Source: Bispira polyomma (taxonomy: Eukaryota). From it: DNA of 64,000 nt. Positions 53,028-64,000 of the stretch are shown here, piece after piece; position 1 is the first letter of the stretch, and each line of letters opens with the position of its first letter. The notes under the pieces were generated by a model. That model was not told where the DNA came from, searched no databases, and worked only from the letters and a program-made list of their open reading frames with translations. The translations under genes and the position numbers were made by a program. The stretch covers positions 5,766,001-5,830,000 of the forward strand of contig OZ287759.1 in assembly GCA_965649765.1 (NCBI GenBank), in the 5' to 3' direction.

Positions 53028-54371
53028 ATGTCTTGCAAGGATTTTATTAACCATACTACATTACATGGAATCAGAAATACAGCAGAAGCCACAAAACCAT
53101 GCAGAGTTATTTGGGTTGTATGCATGCTGTTCTTGTTTGGACTGTATCTTAGCATCACTATCACGTCTATCCAGTCATACTTAAAGTATGAAAGTGTGAC
53201 CAGTATATCCACCACTTACAAGGCATACCAGGAATTTCCAGGCGTCACAATTTGCAATGTTAATACGTTTCAAAAATCAGTAACAAGGAGTAAATATCCA
53301 TCAGTTTGGGAATATTATGAAAAAGTTATGATGGGATCTCAAGGAACAGATTACAAGCTTCCTGATTTACTGCACAACATCACTTTTCTAGAGTATTACC
53401 AAAATGCTGCACAGACAGTTAAAGATGTATTTGTTAATTGTCTCAATAAACAGGCTTCCTTCAATTGTACACCATTCATTGATTCTCATTTTACCAATTA
53501 TGGAATGTGTTATACATTTCACTCAAATACTTATGTCAAAGGCAATGGTGCCATTAAGATATATAATTATGGTTTATCCAATTCTATTGCATTTGTACTC
53601 AATGCAGATCAAGAGCAATACTTTATTCCAAGAACCGATGCAGTGGGTTTCTTTGTATCAATCCACGATTCCTTTTACTACTCACAGATGGAAACTGATC
53701 TCATTCTGGCTTCTGTAGGTAAAGAAACCCACATTTCTCTCAAAAAGAATGTGATGCATAGATTGCCCAGACCATACTCTTCATTGGATTGTGTTGATAC
53801 AAGTATCAAGGAAAACCTGGATTATTGTCAAACAACCTGCCTTTGGAAATGTTCAGAAAGAAAGATTTACAGGGATAGCTGTAACTGTACAATTTTTGGT
53901 TCTGATACTAAGAAGTGCTCCCTGTATGACCTTTATGGTTGTGCATTTTTTGCAATGACAGAAACAAAGAGAAATATAAGTGATGTGGAAAGTTGTGGTT
54001 GTATGCCCCATTGTGATGAAACTACCTATTCCACAAAGGTGACATCTGCTGAATTTCCCAATACACCTACAATGGAATACACATCTGTTGTTGGCCAATG
54101 GCCAAACAGAAATGAAAGTTACATCAAAGAGAATTATGCTAAAGTTGTCATCTACTTTGATACATTAGAAGAAACTGCTTACTACCAAAGGAAAGTGATA
54201 TCTGAAAATCAGCTAGTTGCCGAGTTTGGGGGCTTGCTTGGGTTATTTCTTGGTGCAAGTGTTGTGACACTTTTGGAATTAATAGAATTTGGACTTTTAT
54301 CCTGTCTGACATCTGCAAAAGCAAAAGTGTGTAAGAGACAGGTGAAGGATGGTGGGCAGAAAACATATTGA
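53028..54371 (+). CDS. DEG/ENaC subunit, copy 3 (identical protein)
   Basis: Identical translation to copy 1. Confidence 0.95.
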   Translation: MSCKDFINHTTLHGIRNTAEATKPCRVIWVVCMLFLFGLYLSITITSIQSYLKYESVTSISTTYKAYQEFPGVTICNVNTFQKSVTRSKYPSVWEYYEKVMMGSQGTDYKLPDLLHNITFLEYYQNAAQTVKDVFVNCLNKQASFNCTPFIDSHFTNYGMCYTFHSNTYVKGNGAIKIYNYGLSNSIAFVLNADQEQYFIPRTDAVGFFVSIHDSFYYSQMETDLILASVGKETHISLKKNVMHRLPRPYSSLDCVDTSIKENLDYCQTTCLWKCSERKIYRDSCNCTIFGSDTKKCSLYDLYGCAFFAMTETKRNISDVESCGCMPHCDETTYSTKVTSAEFPNTPTMEYTSVVGQWPNRNESYIKENYAKVVIYFDTLEETAYYQRKVISENQLVAEFGGLLGLFLGASVVTLLELIEFGLLSCLTSAKAKVCKRQVKDGGQKTY

Positions 54372-56681
54372 TCACTTGTGAAAATTGTTTATACTTATAG
54401 ATTGCACTAGTGATTCTGCATAAAATACTTCTGATTGATTAATCGAATAGTAAATGCTTGTGTGCACTTGTTTGAAATATTAATTGATGTTGTTTTAGAT
54501 AGTTTTGTTTACAAACATTAAATTAATGTTTGTAGTATTTTAAAAAACACTGGTAAAGGCTATATTACATAAAAAATAAAAGGAATTTTGGAATAGTCAA
54601 TTTTATAAATGGTTAAAATTTTACCTTTAAATTGACAGGATTTATTTTTGATAATTTTTTTAGATGTATCTACATACTTGGAATATATCCTTGATATCTT
54701 CCTGATTAGTTTTAGTGTTGAGAGTCTTGATGGCAAATTTAAAACACCAGTGTTTGTTTGCATCAGTGTGCGTTTCCCACAATTTCTTTAAAACTCAAAA
54801 TTCTTAAAATCTACTGCAAATATACCTTTAATTATCTGTAGCTCTTAAGTACAACGGTAGGCCATTTACTTTAAAGCATGTAAAAATCATATAAAGGTCA
54901 CCTTAACAAAATTACTAATGCTTGAATTTTTCCTATTTTTCCTGTACAAACTACTCTTTCTTTAAGAATAGTTTTTCTTCAAAAGTAGTGTTCTAGATAA
55001 TTTGTTAATGTTAACGTGGATTATATACTCTAATCATGGTCATTTATGTGCAGTCTCTTTTTCGAGTATGTCAGCATCACTTTTATAACAACAATAAAAT
55101 GTGTATCATTAGTTTATATATCAATGTTCACATTTTCACTATCTTCTATCTCATACCCTTAAATCTACAACATCTACACAAATGACCAACCAAGAAGTGA
55201 AGGTACCAGTCGTTTCATCTATGCAACCTTTGCATAACTGCCCAAGACAGTGACTTTTGTGTTGTTGAAGAAAGACTTTCAAATGCTTTCAACAAACCTT
55301 TATCTGGTATTCATAGCACTAAAACTTTTTCCGAAACAGAGATACTTGACTATGACCACTTATCAAAACCGCTAAAGAATCTTGAGCCAGCAACTAGGGA
55401 ATAGGACCAAGTGACAGAGGACCACCATCTGAAGTGTTTACCTGAACTACTAGGCACTAGCATATTATAGCCCGCTCTGGATTATGTAATCACCAGTGGT
55501 TCTCCAGCAGGGGTCTCACTCCGTGGGTTGCTTCTGGGTGTGTGCTGGTGACCTTGCATAATGTCTAACATGGACAGTAGGCCAGAGGCATTTAGGCCAC
55601 CAAAGTTGGTCTGTAAAACGTTCAGTTAGCCTATGCTTCCTTTCGGCAAATTACGACATCGGCCGATCCGATCCAACATTGGGCAATGTTTTGCTTTGGA
55701 TTTTGGTGGGACAAAAACACAGTAATCACAATAAAATAAGCTTTCTCGTGCCATTTTTAAAGTCAAAATCTGACGAATATTGAGTATATATAGGATGAAA
55801 ACTATATCTATATCTTTGAGAATAGTGTATTTGTCCAGTTTTGATTTAAAATCAGACAGTCCTCCTGATTTTTCCCTCCCTGACAGATAAAATATGTTGG
55901 CCAAACAGACGTCGGCTGATCTGATGCAAATCTGCTGAAAGGAAGCACTTGGTTGTATTATGTAATGACGAAAAAAATCGGCTGAGAAAACCATGCTGAA
56001 AGGAAGTGTAGACTTGTGGTGGTGGTGACCAGACTGGCTGTATAATCAATGGCTGTAGCAGCATGTGAGTTGTGGTCTGTGTTTGATACTGGCTACCTGT
56101 TATCTGTGTTTTCATAACATATCTACATAACTACAATATACATAACTAAGTATATTAAATACATTTACTCAACTTTTACATAACTACAATATACAGCTAG
56201 TTACAGAACCACTAAATCGAATCATTATAGTAGTAACAAGTACCATTAAACTGTAACACAAATAATAATAAAAATTCATAGAAAAGAGGTCACAGTGAAT
56301 ATAACAGTTAATACAAAAGCATAAAACAAAATCTTTAATGAAATATTCCAAAATCCTAATTTTTTACCATAATTCATGAGCAGGTGCAAGACAAATATGT
56401 AACAAGTGGATTGACAAATAAAAAAGGCGAACACAGTATCATTTATATTGACTTTTTTACAGCCTATATTTAACATGCAAAACTTTTGCAGAATATTACT
56501 ATTTTCTTGCTTTTTACCAATGTTTTTGTGTATTTATTGGTAAATATATTGCCTGATAGAACCTATAACAACTGTGTGTGAGTTCAGTTTTGGGTTCTTA
56601 CGAACAAACTTATCTACTAGACAGCTAACAAAAGTTTCTATTTACCCAACACTTTCCCAACTAAGGTTTAACTCTTTCGAC

Positions 56682-56944
56682 GGGCCGCTATGGCCTAGTG
56701 GTTAGCAAGCATTGCGCTTCACAATCACTGGTCTCTCACCTCTGGGCGGCGTGAGTTCGAATCCCGTCGATGCCTATGTGGGAAAGGTGGTAGTTCCTTA
56801 CTGTGGGCCGCTGGTTTCAGTGCAGAACCTTGACTGACTGTATGCAGTGTTTCCTCCAGCGTTTCCAAATACCCGTCCCAATATAACCTACTAAAAGGTA
56901 CTAGAGTGGACGTTAAATATCCAAATTCAAAAAAAATTCAAAAA
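56682..56944 (+). mobile_element. SINE (unit 3)
   Basis: Copy of 30038-30300. Confidence 0.92.
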
Positions 56945-58594
56945 CCTTATCTCGGAGACCAATTATCCAGGGGCCTGTACATCCAAGCACTTAAGCACTT
57001 AAGCCAGCGAACACACTAAGTCTTGTTTAAGCCTTAGTTGGGTAAGTGTTGGGTAAATAGGAACCTTCGTTAATTGTCAGTTACTTTTGTTCGTAAAACC
57101 CCTAAAATTGAACCACAACTTGAACCCTGTGTTTGGGTATCAGTTAGGCAACATATTCACCAATATTTCAATGAAAACAATAGTGAAAACTTCTAAAAGC
57201 AAAAAAATGGTAATTATGCATTGTATTTTAGCTTTTATATTTAAAAATAGCCTGTAAAAATCAATATAAATATTGTTGGTTCGCCACCTTATTTGCCAAT
57301 GCACTCGTACATATTTGTCATGATATCTGTCCTAAGATTTGTTGGGAGATGTGGATGTTTATGTATAGTTTAAAGTTCTAGATACATGATACACATAACT
57401 TAGTGTTATCCTAGATGGATCAATTACTCTGTGCACGACATATAAAAGCTTAATGTTTGTTAAATTGACCATAATTTCTACATTTATATTCTAACCACAT
57501 CATATGGTGTCATAGAACCATACTGGTTAGACCTTTGTTTGGTTAGGTTTCAGTTAGTTCACCTTTAACAAAGGTCTAACTAATGTGGTTGTATGGCATC
57601 ATTTGATGTGGTTATAATATAAATGTAGAAAATATGCCGCTTTTATTAATCCATCTAGTGCAACAATAAGTTAAGTGTATCATATATATAGAATTTTTAA
57701 ATATACGTAAAACACAATGTACTCATGAACATCTCCCAACAAATCCTATGGCATATACGCCGACATATATGTACGAGTGCATTGGCCATATAAACACGTG
57801 AACCAGTGTTAGTTTTATGGATTTTCATCAAGATGTTGCATCTTAGATTACGCGACAGAGAAAATCCAATCGTGAGGACAGCACTTTCTACCATCTCTTT
57901 ATATCATTTTTAATTCATTTTTCGTACTTAATATTGTTTGGTACTAAGTGTGTGTAGAGATTTTACCGTTACTGCTCCCCTGGGAAAACTTATATGCCTA
58001 GGCTCCTGAAATTTACAGGAAATGTTATTTATTACAAAAGCTTGCCTGGGAGTAATTTTGGCCTTATTTTGACAAACAAGATTGCCACCACTGGCGTTTC
58101 TTTGAAACTAATCAGGCTCTTAACTGTGTCTGTTTCTTAGCTGTAGAAGGTTGAATCTCTTTACGGATGATATGTTTAACGGATATATATGTCCTTTATA
58201 AACATGCATACATTTGACCTTGAATCTCCTCATTCAAGGTCATCCATGTGCATCCAAGTGACCGATTTTGGCCATACTTTCCCTGGTGCCTATACCTCGC
58301 TTAATATTGGTCCTACAGATTTGTGATCTTAAAGAAACCTATACAAAATCATGGGCTGGGAATCTTTTCATGTAGTCGGATTTGACCTTGGGCAACTCGT
58401 TCAAGGTCAAATACGAATGGCCAAACTTAAAAATGCCTATATCTCGCTTAAAATTGTCCTACAGGTGTGGGTTCTCTAACCAACCTATAGGAAATCATAA
58501 TCAGGGAATTTTTTGATGTGGTCCAATTTGACCTGGCCTCTCGATCAAGGTCAAACAGGGATGGCCAAACTTAAAAGTGCCTATATCTTACTTA

Positions 58595-58823
58595 TCCACT
58601 CTAGTACCTGTTTAGGTTATATTGGGACGGGTAGTTGGAAACGCTGGAGGAAACACTGCATACAGTTGATCAAGGTTCTACACTGAAACCAGCAGCCCAC
58701 AGTAAGGAACTACCACCTTTCCCACATGGGCATTGACGGGAGTTGAACTCACGCCGCCCAGAGGTGAGAGACCAGTGATTGTGAAGCGCAATGCTTGCTA
58801 ACCACTAGGCCACAGTGGCCCCC
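58595..58823 (-). mobile_element. SINE, reverse (unit 3)
   Basis: Copy of 31951-32179. Confidence 0.92.
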
Positions 58824-60328
58824 GACGAGTATGTGAGCACATTGCCTTTGATCTAAGTTTAACGTTCTATAGTAGTGCCTTCTCCCATAACATTTTGGAA
58901 GCTCGGCAGTCATTGAAATTATGCTTTTTATAACCTTTCAGGCTATTTGCTGCTCAAAACAGTTTCCTGGAAAAGGCATACCTATGCTCAGACAAACGAG
59001 AGTTAATGTTCTGTGCAAATATATTGACATCTGATGCATAAATATACAGGGATAGATAGAGACAAAAAAAAGGTAACGCCTGGATTAACTTTGGTTTACT
59101 AAATTTTATTTCTTTGCAATTAGGCCTGGAACATAGAGGTGGGTACTCTGTATTGAAGCTTGTGATGCACATGCGTTAGGTTTTTACACACATCACTATC
59201 TCTTGTTTGCAAACAGAAACCTGAAGAATTAAGTTTAGCTATAATAGGATAGTAAACATTTAATTTCCAAGTAAATATGTATTTAAACTTGTGTTAATAA
59301 TTTAACTCAACAAAATGGAAATCATCACCCAAGAAATGCATTTAAGCTAATATGAGATGGGAGATAGTGACAATGTGAACACTGTTATTGGTCTTTGAAC
59401 TGTGACAAAGAGCCAACTGTGAACACACAAGTTTGCCTAGTGGCTGGGATGACCACTGTAAACTTACAAAGATTCTTGCCTTTGCTGGGATTAGAACCGG
59501 GGCTCTTTGGATCTTAAGATTAGTAGTCCAGTACACTAATATTTGAGCTAAAGTGGAAAACCTAGAAGCTTGAGTGTTTATGTGTAAATATACACGGATA
59601 TTACACCACTTGAAATGGCGGTACTCTGTCACTGAGTACTATCTCCAGTGGCAGATTAATAAAATCCCGACGACATAGTTAAATGATCATCCTCAAGCAC
59701 ACCTCCGTGCCCATATAGTGGCTGCCCATGATGAAGCGTATTTGAAATGACCCTGTGTTGTATAAGTGCACAATAACAAATGTCCTATTTCATTTCAAAA
59801 GCAAATTCCAGTGAACCTTTCCAAAACATTTTGCCAAATTAATTTCCACTCTTACAGTAGGGGCATTTTATTGGGACGTCCTCAGGTTTTCGGGAAAAAG
59901 AATTGCTGTTGTTTGTTTGTGGCCGATTCTGTTTTTAGTACTCTTATAAAGCACTCCGGTTTCCCAAGCAGAATGCACATATGTCACATGATAAAGTGAA
60001 AAGACAGTTTGTGGATAAAAAAATACAATTTGAGAAAGAACAATGTAAAACATATATACAATTACATCTTGATCACGTAATCAATTTTAAGAATACATGT
60101 TTAATGATACATTTAATTAGTACCAAAGTATTCAATAATAACATATAACTCATTACCTGTAAATTTATTATTTGTATCTCTTAATAGGATACAGTCACTC
60201 AAGATCACCATAATTTATCAAATGATTTTCACTGTACAAGTTACATATTTTTTGATTAACTAATTGACAGAGGAAGTTGTAACTAACATTGTATCTATTA
60301 ATTTGAGATGGAAACTATGAGACTGGCT

Positions 60329-61124
60329 GATACAAATATTCAACTACTTGCAGACTGTCTGTCCGCTGTCCAGGCGTGGATGAACTACTCCAAATTAAAA
60401 CCTAACCCTGACAAAACGGAATTCATCCTCATAGGAAACAAGAAAAACAGTGAACTCCTAACATCTTTGTTTCCCATCTCCCAGCTGGGAAAAGACATAC
60501 TACCTTCCAAAAAAAATTTATCTGTGGCTAATGCCCTTGTGAGCAGCCGCCTCGACTACTGCAACTCTCTTCTGCACGGAGCAAAAAAGTCACACATTAA
60601 AGCTCCAGTCTTTTCCAAACTACCTATGCAGGGTTATTTTTCGTCTGTTTTGTCGCAAAGATGTCACTCCTTACCTCAAAAAAAATTCCACTGGCTACCC
60701 ATTTCATTCTCGTACTCATTCTCGTTCAAGATTCATGTTACCACTTTTAAGGCTGTAGTCACTCGACAGCCCCCTACCTTGCTTCCTTTTTCTCCATCAG
60801 TAACCGTAAGAGAGACAACAGACTCTCTGTCTCCTTGGTCAGACCCATCAGAAAGGTGGGATCCAGAGCATTCTCCACTACAGCTCCATTGTTATGGAAC
60901 AGTCTCCCAGTTGACCTCAGATTAGTTGACATACTTATTGGTTTTAGGAAAAAGCTTAAAATCTATATTTTTTAACCTTGCCTACCCACCTTAACTTTCC
61001 TCATACACGTTCCCACTTCCTTCCTTACGACTTTGCCCTGTCCATGGACTTAATCATTCTGCTGTTGCGCTTTAGAATATGCCTAACATCAATAAAGCAC
61101 GTCAAAAATTAATCATAATAATAA
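60329..61124 (+). mobile_element. LINE 3' fragment (unit 3)
   Basis: Copy of 33685-34480. Confidence 0.88.
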
Positions 61125-63363
61125 TTACATTATTAACGCAGACATAAAAAGTTGTGTGCAGCATTCTTTATATTTACATTAGTATCACAGGAACAATACA
61201 AAGATGGTGGGCACTTGTTTTAGTTTTCATAAATATATTATTGAATTTTAAGCCATCTATAGCCTGTAATTTTGTATAGTGTAATAACTGATATTCATCA
61301 GGATTAAATTATACATTGTAATCGGCACTAAATCTATCACATACGTTAAGCATCATATGTAATGAAGCTAATGTGGGGCTTAAAAGAATGATGTCACCAG
61401 CATAGCTAAAGCTGCCCATATATTTAATCCCAATATGACATCCACAACCAGAATCTCTCACCTGAATTAGTAATTACTGAATTAGCAATTGATCTATATA
61501 TATACAATGAAAAATAGTGAGGAGAGCACACCACCTTGATGTACACCATTACTTAATGTGCATGCGTTAGACAGACTATTACCCCATTTAACATAAAGGG
61601 GTCGGTGTGTGTACATATAAATAAATAAAGAAAGAAATAAAAAATCCACTGAACTAAGTTCAAAACAACCAAATACAATGACGTCGCAACAATAACGTTG
61701 TACAAACATTTGTATTTGCCTCCTTATTACCCAGAACAATACATACTAGCACATTATACAACAGGAAAGTGAACACCATATGATTTACTTACAGATAATG
61801 GATGTTATAACACTGGGAAGTAGGACACCAATAAATGTACCATGCTCTCTGTGCCTTAGAATTCATATATACATATATATATATATCACTTTAACAAACA
61901 TTTGATCAGGCTGATTTGGCAATCTATGGCCCAGCAATTACTGGTCTGTGTGTATTTCTACAGTCATTTGAACAACATAACTAATCACTTGACCTGTGAT
62001 ATTGTCGAATCATTTCAAATCCCATTGGATTCTGTTTGACTGGAACACATGTTTTGAACAATCTACAAACAGAGCTATTATATACATCCTATACAACAGA
62101 GAATAAAAAATATAAAATGATTAGGGGAGTATAAATATTATTCCAATGGCCAAAGAGTATCAAAAGCTTGTGGGCTGTCTCTAAATGTAACATGACATTC
62201 TCACATGAATTATTCTGTTAAGTGGTGGTGTGAAAAAAGAAAAAGAAATTATTGTTTTTCTCCTGTATTTCACATAAAACTAAATATGCCATATTTTCAT
62301 AAGCTCATATAGTTATTAGATATTACTAAAATTATATATATAAATGTGTTTCTATGTTTATATGTACAAAAATTTGAGTTTGCCTTTAACTTTTCTTTAC
62401 CTTTTAATAAGCCCTACATTTCTCACATTAGTCATAAAAGTTGCTTTAATGATATAGTAGTATTCAGCAAACCTTCAACATGTACTGAATATAATATCTA
62501 GGTATCATTCAGACGGATGGCCATCACAAACACACCCACAGACATCTTTTAAGCGATCAGTGACAGTAGGTTGCATCTTCGTTTGTTTACATAAGGAGCG
62601 CTTCGGAAGTTTTCGTTGATATTCATGTGCATTAGTCGGGCCATCACAAAAGTGATTTTAGTGGGGAAGGGTGTGGAGGGGTATACATCTTGATTTGTTT
62701 TGGATTGACTCTTGTCAGTACCAGGCTGTGTTGGCTTGATGTGGCTCGTTTGCATTAGTGTCAATTAGTAGCAGTTAGGGAACATTCGCTGATGTTAGTG
62801 ATGTATTAGTGGGTGCTTGTTATTATCGTTCATGTCTTCGTTTATTATTAGTGGCCGTCACAGTTTGCTTTCAAACTCGCCTCACGTTAGTGATATACGT
62901 GGTGTAAAAACAGTCCGTTCATGGTGTAAGCTCCCGCAACGAAGGGTCACAGATGCACATCTAAATGAGACCAGGCCTTAATGCATACAACCAAAAAATG
63001 AAAATCAAATGAAAAATAAAGTTAAAACATATTAAATCCTCAAAAATGCGCCCTTAGTAAATACTGTGTTTTCAAGTGATATTTTACCTGAGAAAAAAAT
63101 AACAAAAAAAATCCATTAAAATAGGCTCATTATTCTAGTTTAAAAATATGAATACAAATTTTCACTGGAAATGAATTAATTTTCACTCTATATTCAAGCT
63201 AGTTTTTAACCTTTTTTTTGTCCATCTATGCCCTTTGCCCATTTATAGAATTGTATTGTTTTTCTACAATTGTTCGTCCAATTGCTAATGAAATATGTTT
63301 AAATAAAAAAGCAAACTCAAATAAATTCCCAGTGAAAATTTCCAATACATACTCTATTTCTAA

Positions 63364-64000
63364 GATTTGTTATAAAGGCTATCGTAATGTGTAACACTTC
63401 ACTGCTTATTTTATGAACAATGATTTAAGTGTGCAATTCTTTAAAAAAAAATCTTAAAACTTTTCAAAAACAGCATGGTATCACATGTTCACTTTACCGA
63501 AATTGATCTGCTGTGCTTGACCTAATCAGACATACATTTCAACTGTCATCGGGTTTATGACCAGTCAATGCTCAGACAGAATTGTATCAACAACAAAACA
63601 TTACTACCAAAAATGTAGCAAATTAATGCAGAAAGATAAATAAGCATTACATCTAATTACTTTTCATTTCTTTTGCAAATTTGCTGGCGGTACTGTTGTC
63701 TTCTTATTCCATAACAGAAAGAAATAACTAAGTGTGAACACTGTGTGGCAAAAATGAAGTAAGTCTGCAAATTTTCTATTGTGAATTGATAGGATAAAAT
63801 ATGCCATGGCTTTCAAAGAATTTATTAATAACACAACATTTTGCGGAATCAAAGGTACTACAGTGCCGCCACAAAATTCCAATGCATTTTTGAGATGCTT
63901 TGCTTGGTGTTGATGTGTGGATTATATATTCTCATCATGACATCTTCTTTGTGCAGTTGTTATTCAAGTTACAACAGCATCACCTTTATAACAACAGAAT
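63364..64000 (+). repeat. Start of tandem unit 4, running off the window
   Basis: Same junction (tatttctaa|gatttgttat) and matching following sequence. Confidence 0.95.
63806..64000 (+). pseudogene. Decayed DEG/ENaC N-terminal fragment (unit 4, cut by window end)
   Basis: Copy of sequence from 23835 onward. Confidence 0.8.

Larger units (their letters stand above)
50047..63363 (+). repeat. 13.3-kb tandem repeat, unit 3 (13317 bp)
   Basis: 10 bp shorter than units 1 and 2: one fewer TA in the microsatellite (~50750) and an 8-bp deletion (~52912). Confidence 0.98.

Overview
AT-rich animal genomic DNA, probably from a marine invertebrate or lophotrochozoan (inferred from repeat types only). 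Positions 1-23.4 kb are mostly decayed transposons: L2/CR1-group LINEs, a tRNA-derived SINE family, a two-gene PIF/Harbinger element, pogo and Ty3/gypsy fragments, MITEs and minisatellites. From 23393 to the window end lies a head-to-tail array of a ~13.3-kb unit: three full copies (13327, 13327 and 13317 bp) and the start of a fourth. By eye the copies differ at only about 7 SNPs and 2 small indels. Each unit carries one intact single-ORF 447-aa DEG/ENaC-family ion channel gene, two decayed N-terminal DEG/ENaC relics, an inverted SINE pair, chained palindromes and LINE fragments. An older inverted duplicate of the DEG/ENaC relic lies at ~19.3-20.0 kb. The locus therefore records repeated duplication of a channel gene, ending in a very recent amplification. 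All alignments were done by eye and boundaries are approximate unless stated otherwise.
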